Positions 44,426 to 56,797 of a stretch of DNA of 64,000 bases are shown in pieces. A program made the translations under genes and the position numbers. The stretch lies in the NCBI GenBank assembly GCA_951406725.2, contig OX597826.1, positions 62,744,001 to 62,808,000 of the forward strand. Reading direction: 5' to 3'. This DNA is from Octopus vulgaris. Lineage: Eukaryota. Within the stretch, counting starts at the first letter, position 1, and every line of letters begins with the position of its first letter. Below the pieces are notes generated by a model, which was not told the DNA's origin, searched no databases, and worked only from the letters and a program-made list of their open reading frames with translations.

Positions 44426-44882
44426 TTGGGTTGTCCGGAAAGTTCGTGCTGATTTATAGTAGCTTACCTTTCGAATTATTTTAGAACATGGTTGAGTCTA
44501 TAAAATAGGATTTTACTACATCACCATTTTGAGTACAGCTTAAGCTATCTTTTCGTGGAAGAAGGTTTATGTTCCTATAACCTGTATTGATTCTCTAACC
44601 CTTTAAAATGGAAGATAAGAAATTTCATTTTCGGCGCTTGATGCTTTGAGAACCAGACAAAAACTGCTGCAGCGCGGCTGGGATGTGTTACCCTACCTTG
44701 ATAAATTCTTTGCCCTGAAACCACCTCAATTCTGGGAAGAGGGTATTTTCAAGTTAAAGGAAAGATGGAGACGCATTGTGCAAAAAATGGTTCATATTTG
44801 GTTGATTAAAAATGTAATGGCAAGTATTTATTGACCTTTTTCTTTCCTTTAAAAATCAGCATGAACTTACCAGACAACACAA
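44426..44882 (+). mobile_element. Internally deleted mariner transposon
   Basis: TIRs ttgggttgtccggaaagttcgtgctgattt / aaatcagcatgaacttaccagacaacacaa, TA on both sides; remnants MEDKKFHFR, TRQKLLQRGWDVLP, FFALKPPQFWEEGIFKLKERWRRIV. Confidence 0.92.
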
Positions 44883-45155
44883 TACATTTTGTGCAGGCCG
44901 CGAACTCTTACATGGTCGATCAACAGAAAAATCTCAATCAAATTCCGCTAGCAGGAAATAACGAGCAATATAAGACATTGTAATAACCTATGTTTCTGCA
45001 ATCAAACGGAACATTACACATTTACTATTTAATTTTTCTCATTTTTTTCATTCTTTGAAAAGAAAAAAACCGTAATATTCACCGCAAACGTCCCCCGGGT
45101 TTTGTTTTTATATATTTGTACTTACAATCATACAGACAAACAAAGAGATAGATAT

Positions 45156-45314
<159 letters not shown>

Positions 45315-45572
45315 CATTATTCTTACCATGTGGCTGTTTTTCAGCATTTGTTTATTTCACGTTAATATTTGCCATAGCCACAACGAATTTTGGGAGGATT
45401 TTCTACAGTTTTTTAGTCTCCATCGTATCTCTAGCGTTCCATTTACGATACAGTATAGCTATTGCATTTACTCTGATCACAACTATTCACCATTCTGACA
45501 TAGAAGTGCAGCAACAATGAATCACACAGACACCAGCTAAGTTCTAAATTTACACAAAAATTAAAAACTGCT

Positions 45573-45656
<84 letters not shown>

Positions 45657-45833
45657 GTATATTATATATACATATATATTATATATATGTATTACATATA
45701 TGTATTATATCTCAATGTATTACATATATATATTATACATACATGATATATATATACATATACATATATATATGTATACATGCATATATGTATACATATA
45801 TATATATATATATATGTATACATGCATATATGT

Positions 45834-45878
<45 letters not shown>

Positions 45879-46610
45879 AGGTGATTGTCAGAGTGCCCAC
45901 AGATACAATATATTTATACATATAGACACATTCCTTCCAAGACGAGCTATTAACTTTTCACCTACTAAAAGAGGTTGGAAGATGAAATCTTACATGTGAA
46001 TCAGCATTGGTTGATAATGAGTAGTTTAGTAGATGAATAGATCAGGCTATGGCACAATATATCAACAAATACAACATATGTAGCATACATAACAAATACA
46101 TACGCCCTACGTATACTATGTTACAAGAAGCATATATTCTCTGGTTATCAAATGAGTGAATATGTCATGAAATAAGTTTTAAAACTGACCATAAAGTATA
46201 CTTTTGACCACTAACTCATAGAACACATTAAAATTAGAATGAAAAACTAAACTTTATACTGAGACTAGTAAATCACAAAAAAATTCATCAGATAGAGAAT
46301 GCATTACAGGAAATATAATGCAAATGTAAAAGTAGTAAACTTCATGATTCCACTGTTACAGGACACTTTCCTTCCGTTTACGACGTAAGTGAATTACCAG
46401 AAATATAAGTGGATGGAAAATAAAAGAGAGTGGTACAATTCTTTATGTAATTCAACGAAAGTCACGGAAGTTTTATAAATAACAAAATACAGATCAATTA
46501 GCAACCTAGAGATTAGTCTCACTTAAAATATATCATGAACTCTGACATAATTTATCATGGCATGAGTTTGAATCTGGTGTTGGTGATTTCCAAAACTGTT
46601 ATACCCATGA

Positions 46611-46821
46611 GGGTAGGAGACGTTATGGCGCAGCCGTTTTGGCGCCGCCTATTTTGGCATCGCTGGTTAAATGTTGAATATTTTGACATCTTGCGCTTTA
46701 GCATTTCTCTTGTTTTGATATTTTCCTCCTTCTCTTTCTCTGTTTCTGCTCGTCTGTCTGCCTCTCTCCTCTCGCCCACTGTCTATCTGTCAGTCTGTCC
46801 GTCTGTCTCTCACTCTATCTA

Positions 46822-46867
<46 letters not shown>

Positions 46868-47214
46868 ACGCATTTTGTTTATGTGTGTTGGCATCTAGTT
46901 ATGTTTGTATGCATGAGTAGAGTTTCTCCCTCTTTCTCACATCACTCTCTCTCTCCCTCTCATCCTCTCCATCTATTTATCTCCCTCTCTCCCTCTCATC
47001 CTCTCCATCTATTTATCTCCCTCTCACTCTATCCATCTATCTAAATATCTGTATATGTATATTTGTTTGTGTGTGTGTATCTGTGTGTCTGTGTGTGTGT
47101 GTGTGCGTGTGTGTGTGTGCGTGTGTGTGTGTGAGTGTGTTACTTTCAAGCGCCAGAGCGTACAGTCACAAATAAGTTGAACATCCAGTCAACCATGCCC
47201 AATCGTCTCCATCC
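46611..47214 (+). mobile_element. Putative MITE with degenerate TIRs, ttggcgcc subterminal motifs and internal (CT)n/(GT)n
   Basis: ggtaggagacgttatggcg versus reverse complement of the end ggatggagacgattgggca; related ends at 58497 and 58771. Confidence 0.5.
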
Positions 47215-47529
47215 AAACAACTACGCACTATCGTCCCATTGTTTTCACGACTATGGCTTAAAGCAAAACGCATGAATAGCACGTCATTTTTTTTTCGACA
47301 CTTCCTTCAAATCAGGAGATAGTAAAAATGTTAATAGACCAACCGGAAGGATATTATTGATCTTAACATTCTTGTCTCATTATGATTTTAATTATTTTGC
47401 TTTATCTAAAAAAACGATTTGCTTTTATGTAAAGATCTATAATGAAATACGAATTTTTAACAATAAAAACGATTTAAAATCTTCAAAATATTTCTGTTTT
47501 CATATTCTTTCTAATTTTCACACAAGACC

Positions 47530-47710
47530 AGCAATTTTGAGGCTAGACAGTAAGTCGGTAGCATTGACCTCCAGTACTAAAGTGGGACTTGTTTTATCGA
47601 AATGAAAGGATAAAAGGCAAGTCTGACAAAGGCGGTAGTTGAACACAGAAAATATAGAGACGGAAGAAATTACGCTAAGCCCGACAGTTTAATGATTCTG
47701 CCATCTTACC
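47530..47710 (-). mobile_element. Diverged SINE family B
   Basis: gaaaggataaaaggcaagtc...ggcggtagttgaacacagaa...cgctaagc. Confidence 0.6.
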
Positions 47711-48519
47711 ACTTTAGTTGTTTCTTAATATAACACAAAATACACACTCACGTACACACATATATACACACGCGCACGTACACACACGCACATATACACA
47801 TATACACATGCATACATACATACATACATACATACATACATACATACATACATACATACATACATACATACATACAATCAAACGTAGATGTAGCAAAAGT
47901 AAACTTTGCAAAAATTTTTGAAAATGTTGACCACAGATCAGCATTGCATAGAATTCATCATCTCGTGTTAACGTGAAAATAAGGCGAGTAGCTGTAACAC
48001 TTCATAACAGGTAGGAGCCATCTTGTTGTAACCAACGAAGTCTAAGCCAATAGATTTAAACATAATTGTTCATTGAAAGAGATTTCTTCTCAGTCGCTAA
48101 AATTACTCCACAGACCACTAACAATACTACTACCGGAAAAGAGGTCATGCATTGATTCCATAAACTAGGTGAGCTATTAAAAGAATACGCAAGATTTGAA
48201 TTTATATTCAGTGGAACCAGAAAGGAAACGATAAGCAAACCTCTGTACTTGGAATGTTCTGAAACGACTGGCACCAAACTTAAGCATTCAAACTACAAAA
48301 ATATCCATTAAGTGTTGCATTTCATACTTCTTGAAGTCTCGCTTTTTCACTTTCGTATAAGAAAAACGTACAACTTTCGTATCAGAAGAATGTACTACAA
48401 AAAGATATTACAACAGGTTATTTCTATCAGCCGTAGCATAGCTACACAATCTGTCGTAATACGAGGGATACATTTGGAGTTAATACCAACATCTTCATAA
48501 AGTATCAGAGTATACTGCC

Positions 48520-48600
48520 GTGTCTCCTGCCACCGCTATATTGTTGGCTCATCAAATATTTTCTAATGAACCAACAACGCATAGCGGTGGTAAGAGATAC
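48520..48600. other. 81 nt imperfect hairpin
   Basis: gtgtctcctgccaccgctat-attgttggctcat / atgaaccaacaac-gc-atagcggtggtaagagatac, 13 nt loop. Confidence 0.85.
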
Positions 48601-49742
48601 AGGTGAAAGTGGCAGCGTCGAACAGCAAAAAAGTTAGCGCAATGATGAAATTGAGAAAATGGAGTGCACCGCGGGTAGTGACAAGATCAAAGGCACTACG
48701 TCTGTTTAAGAGTGAACAAATATTGAATCCATAATTGTTAGTGTGATAAAATATATTTCCGAAGAGTCATAGGTGAAAGAAAATATATTTCGTCGGGCTA
48801 ACTTTTATGGTCTACATAATTAGTGAGCGCGTAAGCACATATTGTACATATATATACCTGTGTGTGTGCCTATGGGTGTGTGAGTGCGTGTATATATGTA
48901 TGTATACAGAGAGACTAAAAAGAAGTGGGGATGGTTAGATGTGTGCGTGGGTGCGTGAGAGAGACGGCGAAAGCAAGACAGAAACACGCACAGACAGAGA
49001 CAATGTTAACCTATAAAATCAACACTAGTTCAATAGAATGTATTTTATATTTCTGGCGTAATGAGGTATTTTATATGGATGATTGCTGGAATACGCAATA
49101 TAGATGGGAACGATACAACAACAACAACAACAACAACAACCACTATTACTAACACTACTAATACAATTTCTTCTATTACAGGAACAATTGCGATTATTAT
49201 AAGCATAAATCAGGGAATATAAGAGATAATAAAAAAAAATGTCGCAAATAATAGAATAGACAAAATGTCAATGCTGGAGTATAATATCTTTCAATAAAAT
49301 TGTTCAGTGTAGTTTTGTACGGATTGCATTGTTTAGCTGAGTGCTACAATATAGCATTGAATATATTTGGGATAGTATGTTATAGTACATTTTATTTCTG
49401 CCCTTTTACTCGTTTCATTTATAGGACTGTGACCATGCAGGGGCATCGCATTGATGGCTTTTACTACAACAAATCAATGCCAGCATTACGTTTTTTTTTT
49501 CTATCGGGTCTCTATTGACAAAGGGCTAGGTTACATTACGTAAACAAAACAGCACCACTCAGGCGGTGGAGCGGGGGACAGACACAAAGACCCACACGCA
49601 CACACACGGGTGACCGCCCACACGCATGCACACACACACACACACATACATGGGTACATGTGTATGTACGTGTATGTGTATACGTGTGTCTACGTGCATG
49701 TTTGTGTCCTTGTTTTTATGTTCAGTTATAATAAATGTATGT

Positions 49743-49990
49743 GGAAGCGCGTGGCTTAGTGGTTAGGGTGTCAGCATTATGATCGTAAGATTGTGGTTTC
49801 GATCCCTGGACCGGGCGACGCGTTGTGTTCTTGAGCAAAACACTTCATTTCACGTTGTTCCAGTCCACTCAGCTGGCAAAAATGAGTTACACTGCAATGG
49901 ATTGGCGTCCCGTCCAGTTGGGGAACACATACGCCATTGAAACCTGGAAACCGGGCCCATGAGCCTGGCTAGCTTTAAAAGGGCGCATTT
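49743..49990 (+). mobile_element. tRNA-derived SINE family C variant
   Basis: gcgcgtggcttagtggttagg A-box, gtttcgatccc B-box, ttgagcaaaacacttcatttcacg. Confidence 0.85.
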
Positions 49991-50157
49991 ATTTATTTTT
50001 TAAAATAATAAATGCAGTTTTACATTAATCTGAAGCATTACTGCATAATTTTGTAAAATACAAATTGATCATTCTCTAACAAGAATGAGTGACCTCGACG
50101 TTGCCTCGAGGTTTCGGCCCTCCGCAGATGACTTAGCTATCAGGAAATTCGAAGACA

Positions 50158-50225
50158 CTGTGAACCGTCATCCCACACAACGAAGGGGCCTTCTCGCTCT
50201 AAAACACTTTCTCGATCGTCGTCCT
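50158..50225 (+). pseudogene. Penelope-like RT micro-fragment
   Basis: L*TVIPHNEG/LLALKHFLDRRP (one frameshift) matches the PLE segment SLYTxIPHxEGLxALxxFL. Confidence 0.65.
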
Positions 50226-50767
50226 TGACCTTTAAAAAAAAAATCAACATCGACACGTTCTTTTCGTTTCCTTTTTTTTTTTCTTTTTTTTTCCTCTCAA
50301 TTATTTTTCTTCTCTTCCTTTCTCGTTAACGAGCGTAGGTTCGAAACGCCAAAGACTTCTCCATTTTCCATAAGCGTCAAATTAACACACCTGCTTGTTG
50401 TTCCTTCACCTGTCTCTGTTTTTCTTTGTACTTTTGAACCATATGTATATATATATATATATATAAACCAGCTTAGAGAAGAAGAAGAAACGAAACAAAA
50501 CCAAACGAATCGAATCGAATCGACGCGAAGGCGCTCAGTCATACAATAGTGTAATAAATAAAATATATGCATACATACAAACATATTTGTACGTACCTAC
50601 ATCTACATGTATATATACATGCATATATAAATATATATACGTGTGTACAGGACACCACAAATAGACGTAGAACTCAACGAGAAACGAAAACGTAAAAACA
50701 GCATGGAACGGACCATTCCTTTAACAACGAAAAAAACAGAGTACAAGACAACTAGAGAGAGAGAGAC

Positions 50768-50901
<134 letters not shown>

Positions 50902-51634
50902 ATAAAATAAACTTGTTCAGTGTAGTTTAGTACAGACTGCATTGTTTAGCTAGATAGACCAAACATATCACACGCGCACACACATTTCGATAAAGTGCAA
51001 CCATGTCTCTCGTAATCCCAGAGATGTTCCGATATATTCTGCGCATTATGAATACGAACATCGACGGTCGTAGGAAGGGAATTGGACGACGATTTGCCAA
51101 TGAAGTTTGTAAGAAAGCCAACACATTGATTTAAACAAAAGAGTTATTGAAATTAGAGTAGGTATGGTTGATAGAGTTTTAACAGTCATATCAAACCTTC
51201 ATTAGTACAAAATTCCAGACTGGTTTCTTTACAGACAGATGGACATGAAAGATGGTAACTTCAGCCAAATTATGGTAAACAGTTTTGACGACACGTTGCT
51301 TTAGGATTTGGATCGATGAGAATAAAACCAGAAAAACAATGATGAGAGCAATTCAAAGTCTGTGTTATGTCAGAGGTTTACATGCCCGAGGTCAGCACAC
51401 TAGGAGGACTGTCCACCGTGGTTGGACTGTCCATGAGGCCGAGAAGACGATTCGTAAACACCTAATCATTTATAAACATCTAATTACGAACTGCTAAATA
51501 TCTAATTATAACATATATACACATAGTTACACGCTTGGTTCGATAATAATACGGTTGAGGAGTCTAATGCAGGTTTTGTGTGAGCATGTATATTTTAAAT
51601 AAAATGAGACAACAAAGCCACGGCTGTGTGGAAT

Positions 51635-51941
51635 TTATAGGACATTTATAAAGAGAAGGGTAGGCTTATAGCTGTTTCTTGGATATTAGGGGTAGCCCTT
51701 CATCAGATACCATATGAGAGAGTTAACTAGAGCAAAATAGTGAACCCTACATATATTTTAATTTTTATTCTCTTATTTCCCTTTATACTTCCTATATCCA
51801 TCCATTTTCAGTTTAGCTCCTAATATTGAACTCTACTATTCCCCTCTAGTTAACTCTCTTATATCGTCTCTGATGAGGAGATATCTCTAATATCCCAGAA
51901 GAATGTGTAAGACTACTTTTCTCTTTATAAATGTCCTATAA
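51635..51941. mobile_element. Inverted pair of PLE terminal repeats (family H2), each with a hammerhead (51663-51710 minus, 51866-51913 plus)
   Basis: ~107 bp arms and ~93 bp spacer; both arms read CTGATGA..GGGATA/TATCCC-like stem II..GAA. Confidence 0.8.
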
Positions 51942-52068
51942 TCTCGTGCGATAACTATAGCATCTGGCAGCGGAGGTCTCCCTCAGACACAGACACCCAC
52001 TGCCTGCCACTGTCTCTCACTGCTTTCAAGCATCGGTTGCATGAATGAAAATAGTGTTGAAAAATATG

Positions 52069-52293
52069 TTTCTTTACTACCCACAAGGGGCTAAACATAG
52101 AGGGGGACAAACAAGGAGAGACAAACGGAGTAAGTCGATTACATCGACCCCAGTGCGTAACTGCTACTTAATTTATCGACCCCGAAAGGATGAAGGCAAA
52201 GTCGACCTCGGCGGAATTTGAACTCGGAACGTAACGACAGACGAAATACGGTTACGCAGGTCGCCCGGCTAACGTTTCTGCCAGCTCGCCGCC
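52069..52293 (-). mobile_element. SINE family B, full length
   Basis: Colinear with 7266-7495. Confidence 0.9.
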
Positions 52294-52449
52294 TAGTTAA
52301 CTATAAATAGTTAACTATACAATTTAATTGTAGTATATATACATTATATTTTAGTATATATTACATTGCAGCATTGTATATTTTTTTCTTTATAGTATAG
52401 TATAGCAGTGGATTAGCAGCGATAGAAAAGTCTGCAGGACATTACACAT

Positions 52450-52544
52450 AAATGGCGGTGCCCCAGCAAAATGGCGGTGCCCCAGCAAAATGGCGGTGCC
52501 CCAGCAAAATGGCGGTGCCCCAGCAAAATGGCGGTGCCCCAGCA
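52450..52544 (+). repeat. Minisatellite, 5 x 19 bp aaatggcggtgccccagca
   Basis: Perfect tandem copies continuing into tggcctcagctcataagctgaaac and an (AATC)n tail. Confidence 0.95.
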
Positions 52545-52649
52545 TGGCCTCAGCTCATAAGCTGAAACTAGAATCAATCAATCATTACAGGATAAAAGCG
52601 CGTTTACAGCTGTAAAAGAGAAAAATGATTAATGGTAGTGATGTAAATG

Positions 52650-52910
52650 GTCATGATGGTGGTGGCGGCGGCGGCGGTGGAGGTGGTGGTGGTGGTAGTG
52701 CAGGTGGTGATAAGAGGATGAGGATGATAGTTGTCATAATGGTGGTAGCTGTGATGACATCGATGGCGGTGTTAATGAGAGAAATGTGATGAAAGTAATA
52801 GCGGTGACATGGGGTCGGAGACATGCAACGCTGATGTAACCATGAAGTTGACGGTCATGGCAGTTATGAAGGAGGTGGTGGTGGTGGTGGTGGTGGTGGT
52901 GGTGGTGGTG

Positions 52911-52941
<31 letters not shown>

Positions 52942-52990
52942 TCGTTGTCGTGATGATAATGACGATGATGGCGATGATGGTCATGACGTT
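52650..52990. repeat. (GGT)n/(CGT)n/(GAT)n low-complexity region
   Basis: Direct reading. Confidence 0.9.
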
Positions 52991-53740
52991 CATGTTAGCA
53001 GTGATGGTAATGCTGCCAGCTGAAACCACGTTTGAAAAGAATCCAGCTGTCGTTCAAGAGGGAGAAACTACACAATGGCACCCTCTTCAGGGATTTATAG
53101 ACTTTCAATGGTGAAGGTTGAAGTGTAACCCACAAGGATATTCTAGATATCTGCAATATAACAATATAATTCCCTTCATGTTTCTATGGAATATAACCTC
53201 AAAACATTTCAAACAGTGACAATAGGTCATCTGGTCAAATACCTATGCATATATACATATATACATTCATACATACAAACAATAATACATACATACGTAC
53301 ACACACACACAAACACAAACACACACGCACACACACATACACACAGGTGAGCACATGAGTGCAGAACAAGGTGAAAGGAAATAGTACTAAAATGCCAAAG
53401 GTAGAGTAATATACATTTTATTAAAGCTGCAATTATATCAAAGACAGTTTATACTCGTACATATACATATGTACTTATAAATTTGTGTATATATATATAT
53501 ATACATATATACATATGAAAGGTATTCGCATCTAGAAGATCTAAATTGTGTCGGGTAATGCTAAGTAAGTGGTATGGATAGGCTGTGGTTAAACTTTTTG
53601 TTCGATAATGATACGAGTGAGGAGTCTAATGTGGGGCTTGCATTAGCATGCATATATATATATACATATATATATATTAGACAGAATGAAATAACAAATC
53701 CAAGACTGTGAGGAGTTTTCAGGACATTTAAAATGAAATA

Positions 53741-53788
53741 GTCTTACAGCTGTTTCTGGGATTTTATAGAAATCCCTTCATTAGAGAC
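53741..53788 (-). ncRNA. H2 hammerhead motif (G5-to-A change)
   Basis: Minus strand: GTCT CTAATGA A GGGATTT ctata AAATCCC A GAA ACAGCTGT A AGAC. Confidence 0.75.
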
Positions 53789-54851
53789 GGTATGAGAAAT
53801 ATTTGAGTTCGAATTATTGTGGAAAAGGAGGAGATAGGGAATATAGAGGGAATTAAGAAAATGAAAGTAGAAATAAGATATATAAAGATATTGTAGTTGC
53901 AGTTACATTATTCGATGAAAACGTTGTATAGAAGTTGTAAAAAAGTTTCCTGTACATGGTGTGTAAGTTCCAATAGCAGTTCATGTTTAGACTTTTCAAA
54001 GTTTGGAGCCGTAGAATCAGTGTTGCTAGTTCGAAAGGATTTTGTGGTATGAATGAAAATTTGAGAATGTATTGTTAATATTGTAGATAGATGGAAGGAG
54101 GAGAGATGTATTTAAATAGATAGTGGAGAGAGGCCAATTTTATAACGGGAGGAAAAAATGAGAGGAAGAAAGAAAGAAAAAAAAGGGTGAGAAAAAAGAG
54201 TGAAAAAGTGAAGAGTGAAAGAAGTGAGAAAAGGAGTGTTAGTTGGTGGTCAAGATAATGTGATGTGAGGATGGGAGAATTTTGGGGAGGGATAGGAAGA
54301 GATGAGAAGGTAAAGAGTAAAAGAATGTAAGATATGTGAGTACTGGTAATATGACAGAGCTGCATTAAGGGATGAGTAGAGAAAAGGTAGAAAAAAGGTA
54401 TGAGTGGGATGATACCGAAGTGAGTAGCAGTTTTGATAGTAAAATTTGAGGTGGAGGGAAGAATAAAAGGATATCAAATTACTATAAATAGACGTGTGTG
54501 ATAGGTAGGAATAGGAGAGAAGGAAAGGAAGCATAATGGCTCACGTACATATATATTTGCAAATATGTATACATATACATACACACACATAAATATATAC
54601 AAACATATACATACGCCTATACGTACACTCGCATTTACACACATGCATGCTCACGGGCATCCGTAGATGGATTTATACACGCATATGCGTGCGCATATAC
54701 GTATATATACATGCATACGCACATACGTGCGCGCAGGGGGCACACGCATTTACAGTTACAAGCATGCGCGCATATAGGTACTTTCGTATGCATATATGCA
54801 CATATACGCACTCATTCATATATATTTGTATATATATGTACATACACATAC

Positions 54852-54955
54852 ATGAAGGGATAGCCATAATATCCCAGAAACAGCTGTTAGATTATTTCAT
54901 TATAAATGTGTTGAAAACTCATCAAAGCCTTGGATATGTTATCTCATTATGTCTA

Positions 54956-54956
<1 letters not shown>
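54852..54956 (+). mobile_element. 5'-truncated H2 terminal repeat with partial hammerhead
   Basis: ATGA A GGGATA gccataa TATCCC A GAA ACAGCTGT T AGAT, then the H2 tail ending at (TA)n. Confidence 0.75.
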
Positions 54957-55011
<55 letters not shown>

Positions 55012-55051
55012 CATAATGAGATAACATATCCAAGGCTTTGATGAATTTTCA

Positions 55052-55057
<6 letters not shown>
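54906..55057. repeat. 152 bp palindrome: 51 bp arms (50/51) around (TA)n
   Basis: atgtgttgaaaactcatc...gtctaa (TA)n ttagac...ttttcaacacat. Confidence 0.92.
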
Positions 55058-55101
<44 letters not shown>

Positions 55102-55276
55102 GTGTGTGTGTGAGTGTATGTATATGAATACGACGAGCTTCTTTCAGTTTCCGTTCACCAAGTTCATTTACAAAACCTTGGTCAACGGGGGCCGGTGCTT
55201 TGTGGGATTCTACAGAAGTGTACGTAGTTAGGAAGCAAGCTTCTTATCACAATCCTACTCAATTATATATGTATAT

Positions 55277-55670
55277 AGGAGTGACTGAGAGGTTAGAAGC
55301 TTGCTTCCCAACCATATGGTTCCATGTTCAGTCCCACTGCGTGGCACCTTGGTCAGGTGTCTTCTGCTATAGCCTCGGACCGAAGAAAGCTCTTGAGAGT
55401 GGATTTAGTAGTCAGAAACTGAAAGAAGCCCATCGTACATGTGTGTGTGTGCGTGTGTATGTGTGTGTCTGTGCTTGTGTATCTGTATTAATTCTCCGAC
55501 CATTGCTTGACAACCGATATTGGTGTGTTTATATTCCCATAACTTAGTGTAACTCGACAATAAATAAGTACTAGGCTAAGAAACAATAAGTCTTCGCGTC
55601 GTTTCGTTCGACTAACAAGTGATGCTCTAGTATGAACGCAGTTAAATAACTGAAACAAGAATGAAAGAAT
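55277..55670 (+). mobile_element. SINE family A (an opposed fragment lies at ~55130-55260)
   Basis: aggagtgactgagaggttagaagcttgc...gttcagtcccactgcgtggcacc. Confidence 0.85.
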
Positions 55671-56384
55671 ATATATTTATGTATGTATGTACATATATAT
55701 ACACACATACATTCATACATATATTAAAATATATATATTATATATATGTGTGTGTGTGTACGTGCGTTATTCATAGGTGTGAAATAAAGTATTAAGCATA
55801 ATACATATTCAATGATGAGAATGTGTTTCTCATTACTCGGAGTTTCATATGTGTCCATATGCGTGTGTAAATGTGTGTGTTTATTATAAGTGTGTCTATT
55901 TGTATGAATGTGTATATAAAATTTGCATATTATATTATACGCAATAACATATTCATGCAAAATTCTACATTATAACTAAGGAACTTTTCTGCTGAAAAAA
56001 AAACAAAAATGAAATCGTATTGCAATTTGCGTCTAAAAATAATATTTCGCTTCATGTTTATTTATTATATATTTTATAAGTCGATATTTTAGTTCCGTTT
56101 CAAACAGCGGGAACAAGACGAGAAAATGAAACAAAAATATATATAATTAAAATTCTTGCCTAAGTCCACCAAGAAAAAAGATACTCGAAAGAAGAGGTTT
56201 CTCTGTACCCTTCACCCCTCCCTACCGCCTTACCGAATACAAGAATGTTTTAAGAATCCGGAGTTGATATTAACCATATGGAACATGTAAGGGTGGTTGT
56301 AAGTCATATCGAAAACATGGTGTTTATATTTCAACAAGTAACGAACATAATTTTAATCAACATTACTGCTGGTGAAGTTTGAAG

Positions 56385-56766
56385 ATGCTGCTGTTACTAC
56401 TACTACAACTGCTACTACTGCTACTGCTGCTACAGTGGTGGTGGTGGTGGTGGTGGTGGTGGTGGTGGTGGTGGAGGAGAAAAGAAGAAGAAGAAGAATG
56501 AGTTGATGATGATCAGCTGCAAGCAGCAGCAGTAGCATCACGCTCCACAATGTGATGATGATGATGATGATCATTACCATGATGGTGACGACGACGAAAA
56601 TGATGACGTTGATGATAACGATGAGGATGATGACTATGATGATGATGATGATGATGATGATGAGGAGGAGGAGGAGGAGGAGTGATAAGGAGGAAAGAAA
56701 AGGAGGAGTGGGATGTCGTTCTTATTGTTGATGATTATGATGGTGAAAAGTGAAGATAGAAAGAAG

Positions 56767-56797
<31 letters not shown>

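Noticed and set aside
50095-50130. Minus-strand CTGCGGA-GGGCC-GAAACCTCGAGG
   Set aside because: No stem I, no valid cleavage triplet and an implausible stem II.
52450-52544. CRISPR-like repeat array
   Set aside because: No spacers, eukaryotic context, SINE-derived.
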